In this document: positions 14,906 through 34,243 of the stretch, piece by piece
Position numbering within the stretch: the stretch's first letter is position 1
Layout of the letters: each line of letters starts with the position of its first letter
NCBI RefSeq assembly: GCF_009914755.1
Contig: NC_060936.1
Strand: one strand, 5' to 3'
DNA: 64,000 bases
Origin: the human T2T-CHM13v2.0 reference genome, Homo sapiens
Position numbers and translations under genes: made by a program
The notes under the pieces: model-generated
The model's input: only the letters and a program-made list of their open reading frames with translations
Databases searched by the model: none
What the model was told of the DNA's origin: nothing

Positions 14906-15179
14906 TGTAAGTGAATTTTTAGTTTTAGAATAGTTTTAAATTTACAGACAACTTATAAAAATAGTACAGGGAATTTGCATACACCCTACACCCAGTTTTT
15001 CCTACAAACATCTTACATTAGTATGGTATATTTGTCACAACTAATGAACCAATATTGATATATTATTAACTAAAGTCCATATTTTGTACAGATGTCCTTA
15101 GTTTTCACCTACATCCTTTTACTATTTCAGGATCCCATCCAAGGTACCACATAGTATTTGATCATCCTGCCTTCTAAGC

Positions 15180-15535
15180 AGCAGTCCCCAACGTTTCTGG
15201 CACCAGGAACCAGTTTCTTGGAAGACAGTTTTTCCACAGACATGAGGGGCAGGCAGAGGAATGAGATGGTTTCCAGATGAAATCATTCCACCTCAGATCA
15301 TCAGGCATTAGTTAGATTCTCATAAGGAGCCCACAACCTAGATCCCTCGTATCCATAACCATAGTTCACGTTAGAGCTTGCCTCCTATGAGAATCTAGTG
15401 CCGCCACTGATCTGGCAGGAGGCAGAGCTCGGGTGCTAATGCTCTGGCCCACCTCACACCTCCTGCTGTGCGGCCGGGTTCCTAATAGGCCACAGACCAG
15501 TACCAGTCCACCGCTTGGGGGTTGGGGAACCCTGA
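15180..15535. mobile_element. MER1B (hAT-Charlie)
   Basis: gtccccaacgtttctggcaccaggaaccagtttc...ccacctcagatcatcaggcattagttagattctcataaggagc...ggggttggggaaccctg. Confidence 0.88.
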
Positions 15536-15536
15536 C

Positions 15537-16920
<1,384 letters not shown>

Positions 16921-17287
16921 TAGTAAGCACTCGTTTTGAATGATATATTTACAAGAATATTTACTGCAGCATTACATCTAGAGGTAAAAACTAGAAACTT
17001 CTTAAAATCCATTAAATGAAGATTAAATAAATTTGGGAACACCCATACCCTTCAGATAACTCTAAAGCTATTAAAAAGAATGATTTAGCTATTTTGATCT
17101 GGAGAGAGATCCATAGCAAAATGTTATATGAGAAAAACAAGTCACATAGAACTAAATACACTTTGATCCTAATTTTTCTAAGTAAATTTATATATTTTTA
17201 TTAGCTTGGGAAAAGTCATGAAAAGATGCAGAATAGGTCATTGTCATTGGTTACCTTAGGGAACCAGGGGTAGAATTGCTGAAATGA

Positions 17288-17520
17288 GGCCGGGCGCGGT
17301 GGCTCACGCCTGTAATCCCAGCACTTTGGGAGGCCGAGGTGGGTGGATCATGAGGTCAGGAGATTGAGACCAACCTGGCTAACACACTGAAACCCCGTCT
17401 CTACTAAAACTACAAAAAATTAGCCGGGCGTGATGGCAGACACCCGTAGTCCCAGCTACTTGGGAGGCTGGGGCAGGAGAATGGCGTGAACCCGGGGCAC
17501 AGAGCTTGCAGTGAGCTGAG
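17288..17520 (+). mobile_element. AluY, 3'-truncated, no A tail, with TSD
   Basis: agaattgctgaaatga at 17272-17287 and 17519-17534. Confidence 0.92.
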
Positions 17521-17802
17521 AATTGCTGAAATGATGAGAACAATGCTTAATTTTTTTACTTCTTTCTTCATATTATTTTACTAGTGATAAAGAACATCTG
17601 TGAATTCTCCAATTTTGGAAACGTAATTTAATAGAAGATTTTTTTAAACTGAAGAATATATGCCGTGCATCCTATCTTTCTGGAGTGGTGCAGATTCAAG
17701 ATTTGGTCTTCCTCCAGGTGACAGAATGAATCCATCTTCTGCTTAGCTGAGTTAAGCCAATAAGTTTCCTTAGGCAACCTGATTCTTTGCCTGATCTTTT
17801 GA

Positions 17803-18116
<314 letters not shown>

Positions 18117-19329
18117 TGATGTATGAATATTTTTATGTTTTTATTTCTTGAAAAAAGTTCTAGTGTAGTCATTCTATCATAAGGCTAACTGGACACAGCA
18201 TCTCTAACCAAACTATGCCATGCCATCATACGCACCCCAATAATTCCAGGAAGGATGTTGTGTGGTTAAGTGAGAAAGAGTTGTCAATCCTTGGCAAGAA
18301 GGGGGGTAATGTTCCCAAAAGTGAATGTAAGATGAAGATTTGAAAGCTGTTCCAATGAGATCTCTTTGGTTCCTTCCATTCTAGCCCAGTCTCCTTGCTT
18401 CCATCAGCCACCACTGCAGTTCAGTCGGGCCGAACAGCTGTACAATTGAGAGGGATTTAAACTGTCCCCCAAGTTTGCCTCCTGCACAGCACCCAGAGTT
18501 CTGCTGAAGATGCCAACAGGTGCCATGCATCCATGCCAGCACAGGGGTCCCTTAGTGAGAAAGGCCCTCACAGCCACAATAACCATCCAGTGGGGCTTGG
18601 CAATCAAGAACCTAATTAAAAGATAACTTGTCAAGAGAAACTCTAGTTGAAGTCTGCCCCATCTTTACATGAAAAATATGTGGCTCTGTTATAACAGTGG
18701 TCAAACCTCTCTCAAAACTATGAGACCCTGGGAGAAAGCAGTGACATTCTTCTATTTGTTCTTTTCCCAAGAATAGGGAACAAAAAATTACTTTCCTCTG
18801 CTTTTCAGTAATTACCAAATCAAATGGCCTGAAGCTTTCTTACTATCTAACCAGAAAGCAGATCCCTTGCCAGATTCCTAGTTGATAAAGTCATCACCAG
18901 ACACCGTATTGTGGCTCCTAGGCTTTCATCTGGGGACACAGATTGGAAGGGAAAAAAGGCACAGGCTTTTACTGGTCTGGGAACGGTCAGATGATAAAAT
19001 CGGGATCTGTGATGATCCAGCAAGCATCCGCTGAGAGGCAAGATTATTTGAACACTAATTATTCTTATGTGCCTGATAGTTCAGGAAGACCCATGAGCCT
19101 ATATTTCTCCCCATGCTTCAACTGCACATATAAAATTGCTGTTTATACCAACTCTCTCCTCCAGGCAGCTGTTTACCCAAGAGAGAGGCAGGACTTTGGA
19201 GTTCATCAGCTTCCAACAAATTTTCAGGAAGGAGCCCGGTATATTCTCTTCTACCCACGTGTTCCGAACTTATTACAGACAAGACAGCGGGAGGATCTCA
19301 GAGAACAAGAGCCTAAAACTAGTGACTAC

Positions 19330-20355
19330 TGAGGTTACAGATAGAGTGGACAACTGACATTTGCCTCCTTAACATCCATTCTACCTTTTTTTGCCTACAG
19401 CTAAAGACTTTTGTTTCAGGAATATATCAGTCAGAGTTGTCCAGGAAAACTGAGTGGGCACACACACACACACTCACACACACACAGAGAGAGAGAGAGA
19501 GAGACTTATTATGGGAATTAGCGCACATGATTATGAAACTGAGAAGTCCCACCATCTGCTGTCTGCAAGCTAGAGAAGCAGGAAAGCCAATGGTAATTCA
19601 GTCTGAGGCCAGAGGCCTGAGAATGGTGTGGGGACTGCTGGTGTAACTCCTAGAGTCCAAAGGACTGAGAACCAGGAGCTCCAGTGTCCAAAGGCGGGAG
19701 AAAACAGATGTCCCAGCTCAAGGAGAGAGAGTGAATTTGCCCTTCCTCTTCCTTTTTGTTTTATTAGAACGCTCAAACAGATGAGATGATGCCTGCCCAC
19801 ACTGATGAAGATTATCTTCTTTACTCAGCCTACTGATTCAAGCACTAATCTCTTTTGGAGACACCCTCCCAGACACACCCAGAAATAATGTGTTGCAAGC
19901 TATCTGGGCATCCCTTAGCTCAGTCAAGTTAACACCTAAAATCAGCCCTCACAAGAATCTACCTCTCCTTCTCTCAGTCAAAGCGCTGCATTCTCTGCAA
20001 TAATCCAATAGCACCCATAATATGCAATAGCACCAATGAGATGAAATGGAACTTTTGCTGGGACTTCTGGAAAAGTGACCTGATATGTTTTCCCCTGAGA
20101 CTTGAAGGTGAGAAGAGGTGAGCGTGGAGTTGTGCAGCCACCGTGACCCCAAAGGAAGAGACTCTGAGAATAAGGCCAAGATGAAGGTGGCTAGGGTCAT
20201 GACATACATAGAAAGGGGGCATGATGGCAGCACTGTGAAAACAAGCAGCCCCCCAGGCCCAGAGCATCACATGAATAATAAATTCCCTTTTTGCCTAAGC
20301 TATTTGGGGTAGGACTGCTTTTGTCGAGTGCTAAAGAAAGCATCCTGTCTGATAA
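19330..20355 (+). mobile_element. Old MLT1-type LTR split by MLT2
   Basis: catccattctaccttttttgcc...ttgctgggacttctggaaaag...aataaattccctttttgcctaagc. Confidence 0.6.
19423..19953 (-). mobile_element. MLT2 (ERVL) solo LTR with (CA)n(GA)n
   Basis: Reverse complement begins tgtgagggctgattttaggtgttaacttgactgagc, the MLT2 start. Confidence 0.88.
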
Positions 20356-21415
20356 GACATGATATGGCAAAAAAAAAAACCACAGGTCAGAATGAGACCA
20401 GTCACATGTTCTCTGTTTTCCATTTTAAATTTCCAAGCATGTGCTCACTATTCACATGGCCAAGGAAGGTGTCACATTATCACCTGAGGAGGGGCTCCTT
20501 CCAGTTTGTTTCAGCCTTCTGTAGGAGACATCTATTTTCAGAACGAGAAATCCTGATGGGAGGCCAATGTATTGCTTACTGTCATTTTAATTTTATTCTT
20601 ATTAATAGTAATTACGATGCATCTCTCAATATCCAGAGATCATTCAGTTAATCCAACATTGGCAGGAGGTGTGTTCTCCACATTTGTGGAGACAGTTTTG
20701 CTATTAGTCATCCACATTCTCATATGGCCCCCATGGTGACAATGGCTTATCCAAATCCTCCCTAGTCCTCCTGTGTGTTTTAATTAAGTTGGCCACTCTA
20801 CACTAGCCACTTAAGAAAGATAGGGTTATTGGGGACTGTACACAGCAAAGGAAAAGATAGAGAAGCCATCACTCTATTCTCCCACTCTAGGTCCCAATGC
20901 AGCGTATTCTTCCAATCTGATATTTCTTGCTCAGGATGAATGAAGCATGAGGATGTTCATTACCTCCCTTAACGTATAACTTGGCAATTGAAAGACAGTC
21001 CCCTCTTTTTTTTTTTTTCTTGCCTTTCTTTTATGATGGAAATTGTAAATATCAGGTTAGGTCTCAAATTATCATCCAGCTAAACAAGACATGCACCAAA
21101 GCACTCACTCTGAGGAGGACTTACAACTCTCAGGGTGCTCCCACTCATCCAGATGGCTAGGAAACAGCTGATCCCCCTCTCCATGGCCATGAGATCAGAA
21201 TGGGGACCTGCCCTTCATTGGCTAGTTTCTTTTTAAGATCCAGGCAGAGGAGTTGAGAACTAATTGTTATTGGCTGTGCTAGTGTATTGTCCTGAGATTC
21301 CTGTGCCTTCAGAAGAGAATTTTTGGAGGGGCTGAGGTCTTAGAAAGTCAGACAAAATAACTGCTAAATGAACACTGTTGATTTCCAAACCAAATCATAC
21401 TTAATGACTATGCCT

Positions 21416-21896
<481 letters not shown>

Positions 21897-22536
21897 CTAA
21901 CATGATCAACGTGGCTTTTCCTTCACCTTTCTCCAAGGGCAAAAGTTGAGTAACAATAACAATATTCTGTGGGAAATTCCTGGTCTGATACATCCAAATC
22001 CTTCCAAATTGGCACTTGTATTCCTTTTCCTTTACTTTCTCAAGGTGAGATAATCACAAACAGGATTTAAAGAAACCTCACACATGCTGGCAAGGTGGAG
22101 AGTAAGAATGCACAACGGAGCCAAGGAAAGAGAACAAGGCTCCTTCCCACCTGGCCCCACGCATCTTATCAGCTTTAACTCCAAGAGCCTGTGTTCGCCT
22201 CTTCCTCGTGAAGGATGGGGCACCTGACGTCTTGCAGCTGAACTTACGATTACATTGCAGCAGAACACATCAAAAGAACAAATCCAAATAATGACATAAG
22301 GGAAAATAATCAAAGAAATTCAAGAAGTAATCCAAGAAATCATAGCCAGGGAGCGTCAGTGCACAGAGAACTCAGAATCCTTTCCAAAATCAAAGAATCA
22401 TTGTGTCAGTAAAATTCAGAAGAGAAAACACACAAACTGCTTTTCCTCTGCTTTCACGCAACAAACAACACGGACACAAGCTGCATGTCCTTCAATTCAA
22501 TGCCAATGCTATCTATCTGAAGATAGCATCCCATCC

Positions 22537-23356
<820 letters not shown>

Positions 23357-23930
23357 ATCCCACAAAATGAGAACTCAGTCCCACAGACTGTCCCCCCACT
23401 TCAGACACCAGTCACAAGTTCGGGTCCCCCGGACTTCTGACAGCTTCAAGTTGGAGTTTCCACAACCCTCTCTTTGGGTTCCATTAACTTGCTAGAGCAG
23501 CTCGCAGAACTCAGGGAAACCTACTTACATTTGCTGGTTCGTTATAAAGGATATTACAGAGGATACAGATGAAGAGATGCACAGGGAGAAGTATGGGAAG
23601 AGGCACGGAGCTTCCATGCCCTCCCCAGCATGCCACCCTCCAGCAACCTCCATGTGTTCAGCTATCCAGAACTCTCCAAACCAGGAATTTTGGGTTTTTA
23701 TGGAAGCTTAATTAGGTCGGCATGATTGATTAAACCACTGGCCATTGGTGATCAACTTAACCTTCAGCCACTCCCCCTCCCTGAGGTTGGGGCATGGGAA
23801 GGAAAGTCCCACCCTCTAATGCTAATGCTGCCTCAGTCTTTGTGGTGACCAGCCTTCATCCTGGAGCTGCCAGCCACCAGTCAATCGGTAGCATACAAAA
23901 AGACATCACTTTAAAAATTCTAAGGATTTG

Positions 23931-24240
<310 letters not shown>

Positions 24241-24294
24241 ATTCTAAGGATTTTAGAAGTTGTACGCCAGGAATCTGGTATAAAACCAAATATA

Positions 24295-24590
<296 letters not shown>

Positions 24591-24725
24591 TCACAATATC
24601 ACAAAAATATATCTATTTTAAAGTACTGAACAAAAAAACGTTGGGAGGATCAGAACTCTGATATTTTCTGCTTTAAACTCTGAAATTAGTTCAAAGATTC
24701 TGGTGCTATTTCTTGATGATATCCA

Positions 24726-24727
<2 letters not shown>

Positions 24728-24759
<32 letters not shown>
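24728..24759. repeat. (GT)16 microsatellite
   Basis: Direct reading. Confidence 0.95.
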
Positions 24760-24763
<4 letters not shown>

Positions 24764-25131
24764 CACACACAGCATTGGCAGTCAAGCAAACAGGCCAAGG
24801 TAGAAATTGAGAATTCTGAGATCTGTCTAAGTCAACCTTTATTTTCTTTATTTGGAAAATAAGAACAAAAGTAACAAAAATACAGCAAAATTATGACAAA
24901 TAAATCTGACATTTAAAAAATCCATAACACTTTTAACATCCACATCTATTCTGAATTACATAACTATGGAATTTCTTATGTTCTTCATATTATTTTGTAA
25001 GATTTATGTACTGTCTGCCCAAAAAAGTGTACACTATTATCCCCATTTTTGCAGAGGTGGGAGTTAGATATCTAGACATTGAGGATCTTAGCTAAGGACA
25101 ACAGCTGGTAAGAGGTTGCATAGTTAAAAAG

Positions 25132-26059
<928 letters not shown>

Positions 26060-26439
26060 AATGCAAACCCAGGTCCTTCTGGCTCCAAAATTCAATCAAT
26101 GTTGCCTCTTTTCAAAATATTTCTATCTGCTTGGGAAAATTCCAGCTGATTTGCCTTAGGGGAGAATTTAGGATCCCCTATTAGTCATGGTCCCCTGGGG
26201 AAGGAAGGCATCTTCTCCAACCTGGGGCTGCCTGAGGAGAACTCACCAGTCACCACCAAGACACACTGACTGCAATGCAGCCAGCCCCCTGACTTTTGGA
26301 GGAATCCTGGTGCTTCTTCCCACCTTGAATATGCTCTAGCCTAACTGTCTGCCTGGGGCACTAGTGTTCCTGCATGGCTTCCCGACCAGCCAGGCCTTTT
26401 CCATGATTTGCTTCTTTTCTTCTCTAAAGTATCCTTGTT

Positions 26440-26975
26440 ACTTTTTTTGTTTTTAGACAGGGTCTTGCTGTATTGCACAGGCTGGAGTGCAGTGGCTCAA
26501 TCACAGCTCACTGTAGCCTCGACCTCCCAGGCTGAAGTGATCCTCCTGCCTCAGCCTCTCATGTAGCTGGGACTACAGGCCTGCACCATCATGTCCAGCT
26601 AATTTTTGTAGGGGTTTTTTTGAGACAGAGTCTCACTCTGTTGCCCAGGCTGGAGTACAGTGGTGCTATCTTGGCTCACTGCAACCTCTGCCTCCCGAGT
26701 TCAAGCGATCCTCATGCCTCAGCCTCCCAAGAAGCTGGGACTACAGGCACATGCCACCACACCTGGCTAATTTTTTGTATTTTTTTTTTTTTTTTTTTTT
26801 TAGGAGAGATGGGGTTTTACCATGTTGGCCAGGCTGGTCTCAAACTCCTGGCCTCAAGTGATCTGCCAGCCTCAGCCTTCCAAAGTGCTAGGATTACAGG
26901 CATGAGCCACCATGCCCGGCCAATTTTTGTATTTTTTTGTAGAGATGAGGTTTTGCCGTGTCGCCCAGGCTGGTC
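26440..26975 (-). mobile_element. AluJ with a second Alu (26615-26920) nested in its A-rich linker
   Basis: aatttttgta repeated on both sides of the inner Alu. Confidence 0.88.
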
Positions 26976-27299
26976 TTCCTTGTTATTTTCTAAGGAGACT
27001 CTACCTTGCTCCAGTTCTGGCCTGACCATCCTCTTCTTGAGTTTCCCATCCTGATACTCCTTTTCCTTGGGTGGGTTTGATGAAGTTACAGCAATTCCAA
27101 CCAAATTAGCTGTCTCTCCCCTTCTTCAAATCTTCATAAAGTAACACCCCCGGCTTCTGCCTACCCTTGCCTGGTCTCCCCAGGCCATCCTGGCTCCAAT
27201 GCAGCAAGCTTTCTCTGGCTCAACCTTTGTGCTGGGTTAAGATCCTAATCCGACCTGTTCCTTCCCTCCTTCCAATACCCAAAAATGTTTTGGATGTTT

Positions 27300-28180
27300 T
27301 AATAAATCAAATGAGGAGTTATGACCTTCTGATTAAAGTTTAATAAATTTATCAAAGAACTATGAGAACATTCAGATTAAAAAATAATGAAATGTAAAAT
27401 AAAAGCAATAAAGACGAATAATAAAATCAATAGATATTATTCTAACATCAAGAAGCAAATTACAATAAGAAAATTAGATTATACCAAAGGCAAGAAGTGA
27501 TTCATTAAGAGAAAGAGAAGGGACACATTTCAAATAGAAATCATGTTAAGTAATAAATTATTGGATTATTTGATAATCCAATGAGTGAATCATAAAAATA
27601 CATAGGAAAAGATTTAAATTTCTTGCTGATGACACCAAATACTGGCATCAATGAAGCTAACATAAAATTCATACTATACCACGAAAATGAGGACATGAAT
27701 ATCATCAGTTCAAAGAGTATTTAAGATAGAAATTCACGAGAAAATCTCAAATGCCCTGAGATCTTAACAGGTCTCCTCAGAAAGAAAGTAGATAGTGGTT
27801 TGCCAAAATTTGACAAATGCTAAATATTTTCTTGGCATTACCAATCATAAGTTGTGAAGCTGGAAAAAATTTTTATAAGCTATCAATAATAAAAATAAAT
27901 TTTTTATCAATCATGCTTGATAAGATTGAATAATCTTTCCATTCTCTACACAGAAAATCACACAAAATTGCTGTCATAGAAAAACATAATCAAAAAGTAT
28001 ATAGCTAAAATAAAGTAAAAAATATTTTTTAAATATAGGTGTCCGATGATTTGTATATTGTTACAATTTCTGTTCTTATTCTAAATACTCACTTTTCATA
28101 ACTAATTTTGCATGCTTTTACTTATAGAGGCCTCCAAAAATTGTCTAAATTTCAGCCCTACAAACCCTGAACTCATCTTC
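27300..28180 (+). mobile_element. hAT (Tip100-type) transposon fossil with transposase C-terminal dimerisation-domain remnant
   Basis: From 27817: MLNIFLALPIISCEAGKNFYKLSIIK..IMLD, frameshift, RLNNLSILYTEN, matching the hATC pattern LPVTSCEAERxFSKL..IK...RLN.LSIL..E. Confidence 0.75.
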
Positions 28181-28332
28181 AATGGGATATTGCGTTTCTC
28201 CCTCCCCCTCTCCTCACGCAAACTCAGGGCTGACCCTCTTTCAGACAGACAGACAGTGGCCAGAACAGAACCAGAACAAGATAAGCGGAAATCCTACCCA
28301 CTGTGTTTTTTACCTTAAAAGTCAGTAGGATT

Positions 28333-28880
<548 letters not shown>

Positions 28881-29001
28881 TCAAGAACTGTTGTTTTTAC
28901 CAAATCATATTAACTCCAAACAGACATAACAGCTGGATGAACATGTTCAACTTTATCGTTGTTTTTGTTTTAATTATTCTCTTTTTTGTTGGTGGTGGTA
29001 G

Positions 29002-29285
<284 letters not shown>

Positions 29286-30126
29286 TTTTATTTATTCTGT
29301 CTTCTCAAAAGTAAATATTTTGCTGACATAAGGTAGCAGAGTAAACATGGAGCTCTCCTTCCTTGCCTAATGAAGCACAGGTATCGAAATGGATTTACAC
29401 ACCTGAGGAAGACCTGGCAATCCTCTCACACCAATTTGCAGGATGGTATTTATGTGGACTGTGGTCACATTTCTTAAAAAAAAAAAAAGCTCTTTATTGC
29501 TTGAATAAGCATTTGTTGATACATTAGACAAGCTAAAGCCATTTCCATATAACTGTTTCATATAGAAGTTGTTTTATTTCATTATTTCCTTGATTCTTAT
29601 TTGTCCTTCATGAGGTCTCAAAGATTGTCTATTATATTTAATGAAATGTAAATTGCAAAGCTTTACAAAAACTGTAATTCTAGAAATTATTTCATTGATG
29701 AGTTTTTTTGTATCAATTCAGCAGACACTGGTTGAGAATCTTCTCGAAGTATGACAGGCACTGAACTGGGCCCTGGGGAATGCAGAGATGACATTCAGGA
29801 TGCTTTCTGCAAACGTGGGTCAAGGTGATAAATGCTGCTTCGATGATTAGATCAAAGTGTTGAAAGAAACAGAGAGGAGGGAGCAGTTAATCCTGCCTGC
29901 TCCAATCGGGGGTGAAAATAAAAAGTAGATTCAAAGTGTGTTTTGTGGACCCCAAGGGCTCCAGAGAGGAGTCTCCAGGTGTCTGCTGGGGAAGTGGGGA
30001 GCTGAGAGGCAGGGCTTCAGATCTCCAATTATTGTTCACCCAAAGCACAGCTGCTTCCATCTGTTTTATTTGTTGGAAGGTGGCATTAGACTTCTCTGAC
30101 AAAAAGCCACTGCTTTTGAAAAATAA

Positions 30127-30278
30127 TTTTTTAGAGATGAGGCCTCACTCTTGCCCAGGCAGCTGGAGTGCAGTGGTGCAGTAATCTCACTGCAGCCTCA
30201 ACCTCCTGGAATCAAGTGATCCTCCCACCTCAGCCTCCCAAGTAGCTGGGATTACAGATGTGAGCCACCATGCCTGGC
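30127..30278 (-). mobile_element. Alu monomer (FRAM-like)
   Basis: Single antisense arm. Confidence 0.85.
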
Positions 30279-30613
30279 TACAATATTTTGAAACTACTAA
30301 ATGAGATGTCCTTTGGTGTGAGCTTTAAGGTTATAGAATTTATCCAAAGCGAGATGAAATCCAGTGCCTTCAACTCCCTTCTCTATGTTAAAATTCCCAA
30401 ACCTACATCTTTAGCCCCAACTGTTCTCCTAGCACCAGTATCCCCCATCCTCAATCCATCCTTTTCTCTCCACAGGACATGTTTTAGAAGATTGATGGCT
30501 CCCATTGAGTAGTGGATAAAAATCCAAGCTCCCTGTCATAGTCTATAAAATCCCTCCCAATCTGGCTCCAAATGTCTTTTACCATTTATTGTCCTCCACT
30601 TACCCAAAGATGC

Positions 30614-31432
30614 TGCTGAGAGACAATTCTCCATGGGTCTCTCATTTCTGTACTTCTTGCAAAAAGAAGCACTGAAAAATTTTATTCCAGGCTATCTTTT
30701 CAAGAATGTTTGTGTAGTGAACAGCTTTGGAAAATAGAGACAGTGATTCTCTCCAGAGCAGAGGGAAGGTTTATTCGCTTTCTAGTAAAGATAGTATCTC
30801 CCTCCAGGAAAAGGTTCAGTGGATTTGCTTGCCGCCCATTATACAACACTGGGGTTTCCTACGTGTGGGGTTTCTTAGCTGTAACACAAACCCACTGGGT
30901 ACAGCATCCATCTGGGCCGCTGCATTGCTACAGTGGACTTAGAAGGCTAGAAACCCAATGCAAAAAGGAATCTCATCCTGCTTTTTTGTGTGAGTAATAA
31001 AAATCCTTTGTCTCTAACTCAGGGATCTCATGCATGCAAGTAACTGCCGCAGGCTAGCTTGTTAGCTTACATACAATGAGAAATCCCAGACCCTTCATCT
31101 TCACACAGTTCTTTTTTTTTTTTTTTTTTTGAGACAGGGTTTCACTGTTGCCCAGGCTGGAGGGCAGTGGCGCGATCTCAGCTCGCTGCAACCCCTACCT
31201 CCTGCACTCAAGTGATCCTCCCGCCTCAGCCTCCCAAGTAGCTGTGACTACAGGCACGTGCCACCATGCCCAGCTAATTTTTTGTATTTTTTGGTAGAGA
31301 CAGGGTTTTGTCCTTTTGCCCAGGCTGGTCTCCAACTTCTGGGCTTCAAGTGATCCACTTGCCTCGGCCTCCCAAAGGGCTAGGATTGTAGGCATGAGCC
31401 ACCACACTTGGTCTCCTTCACAGTTCTTGACA
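30614..31432 (+). mobile_element. LTR40-like (ERVL) solo LTR with Alu (31112-31412, minus) near its 3' end
   Basis: gagacaattctccatgggtctctc start; aataaa ~30996; cacagttcttgaca end; Alu TSD cacagttctt. Confidence 0.82.
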
Positions 31433-31438
31433 GGTCCC

Positions 31439-31820
31439 TGTATTGGTCAGGATAAACTAAGTGTGCTGCAGTAACAGCCCCCAAATCTCAGTGGTTTACA
31501 ACACAGGCAAGTTTCTTGCTCATTCTTCATGTCCTTTGCAGGTCATCTGGTGGCCCTGCTTCCATCACCATTGTCCTCACTCTAGGGCACAATCTGACAA
31601 AGCATCCACTCTCTGGAACATTGTTAGGGGTCAAAGAAAAAGAGAATGTGGCAAAGAATGTGCCCACTTTTAAATCTCCCACCTGGAAATGAGAGACATC
31701 CTCCTGCTTACTTTGATTGGCCACATCTAAATTCAGGTCTATTGAAAAGTGCAAAGCTACCACATGCACAGAAAGAAGGAGAGTTGGAATATTGCCAAAC
31801 ATCCCTAATGACTCCCAGAA
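31439..31820 (-). mobile_element. MLT1 (J/L-like) LTR
   Basis: tgtattggtcaggataaactaagtgtgctgcagtaacagcccccaaatctcagtgg. Confidence 0.78.
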
Positions 31821-31829
31821 CAACCTGGT

Positions 31830-32770
31830 CTCCATCCACACCACATGCTTGGTCTTTATACAAACCTGCTGTGCTCGTTCATGCCTGTGTAATTCCTTCT
31901 TCCCAAAACACGCTTCTTCTCCCTGAACGTTTAGCCCTTCCCACACCTCTTATTACATGGATAACCCCTACTATTTTTCAACATCCAACTCAAATATTAC
32001 CTCCTTTTTGAAAACTTTCTCTGACCATCCCTCACCCAGAAAAACACCTCACTTCCCTAAGATTCCGTAACACTCTCTATATCAAAGTACTAACCCATTG
32101 CTTCATACTGGGTCATGAATTTGATGCCTGCCATAAATCAAGATCCCTTGAGAATGGATGATAAGGAGTGGGCCCATGATTTTTTAACCTCCTTTAGGCA
32201 AACCTAGCACCATTTTGATTAAAATATTTCAGAGGTTTTCTACTCGATTAAAAAACAACAACAACAAATCATTGCCACAACCTTCAAAGCGCACACAGAC
32301 TGACCATCTCCAGCCTCAGTTGGTGCCATGATCCTTCTGCTTTCAAGTCCCACTTCAGTCTCTCAAACCTGTATACCTTCTCTCTCCACGTCTTTGCATC
32401 TGCCTGAAACCCCCCATCCTCCCCTCTCCCTCACCTCATTAATCTCTCCTCATCCTTCAGATCTGAGCAGGGAAGCATCACTTCCAGGGGAGTGTTCCTG
32501 TCACCCACCCCCCCCGCCCTGGTCAAATCTCCGCTTGTCTGTTCTCATAGCACTGTGGACTTCTGCGTAGCCCTCAGCACAGCAAGTATTCTGTGGGTTT
32601 TGTATGACTATTTTACTGTGTTCTCCCCACACTCAACCTTAAACTACAAGTTCACAAGGGCATGAATCCTATCCATTTTTGCCCACTATTGGATCCCTAG
32701 TTCTTAGTATATTGTCTGTCACATAGTAGGACTCGGTAGATATGGACGAGTAAATGAGTGAATGAATGAA
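31830..32770 (+). mobile_element. L2 3' fragments
   Basis: Pyrimidine-rich body ending cacatagtaggactc...aatgagtgaatgaatgaa (L2 tail). Confidence 0.7.
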
Positions 32771-33019
32771 TATAATAAGATACCCAATGTATGTGTCTTG
32801 GATTGAAGAATTTCAAGTAGAGAAGACAACAGTTAAAAAAAAAAAAAGGTACAAAAGTTTGTCTGGTCTGCAGGGCAAATTTTTTTTATGAATGACAAGA
32901 GAAGCACAGGAGGCAAATGAAATTTTACATAAATCTTCCAGTACTTCATCTCAGTGTAGAATCTGAATTATGAAAGATCGACTCAGTAGATACCAGATTC
33001 CAGGAGTTTAGAGATATAA

Positions 33020-33377
<358 letters not shown>

Positions 33378-33637
33378 ACACCTAATTTTTAAACAAGCGG
33401 AGATTCTTCTAAGCCAGTTGCCATTATCATTATCTAAAATGTATTTGATTTACTATTTACAAAGCATTTTCCTTATGCTATCATATTAAACACTAAACAA
33501 CCCTTATAATCAAGATTAAAAGTAGGTCATAGGCTCTAACTCTGACATCTTCACAGAATAATTTTTGATATATTTGTGAAATAACGAGATGGCAGGTAAG
33601 GCGGAAAAGAAGCCTCCCAAACAGGCAAGAAGAGTAG

Positions 33638-34243
<606 letters not shown>

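Noticed and set aside
18943-19332. 129-aa ORF in non-repeat DNA
   Set aside because: TTG start, no recognisable domain, and length within chance expectation for 64 kb
32864-32879. 16-mer tggtctgcagggcaaa shared with the inverted-duplication arms
   Set aside because: A single 16-bp match is about what chance gives in 64 kb, and the flanks do not align
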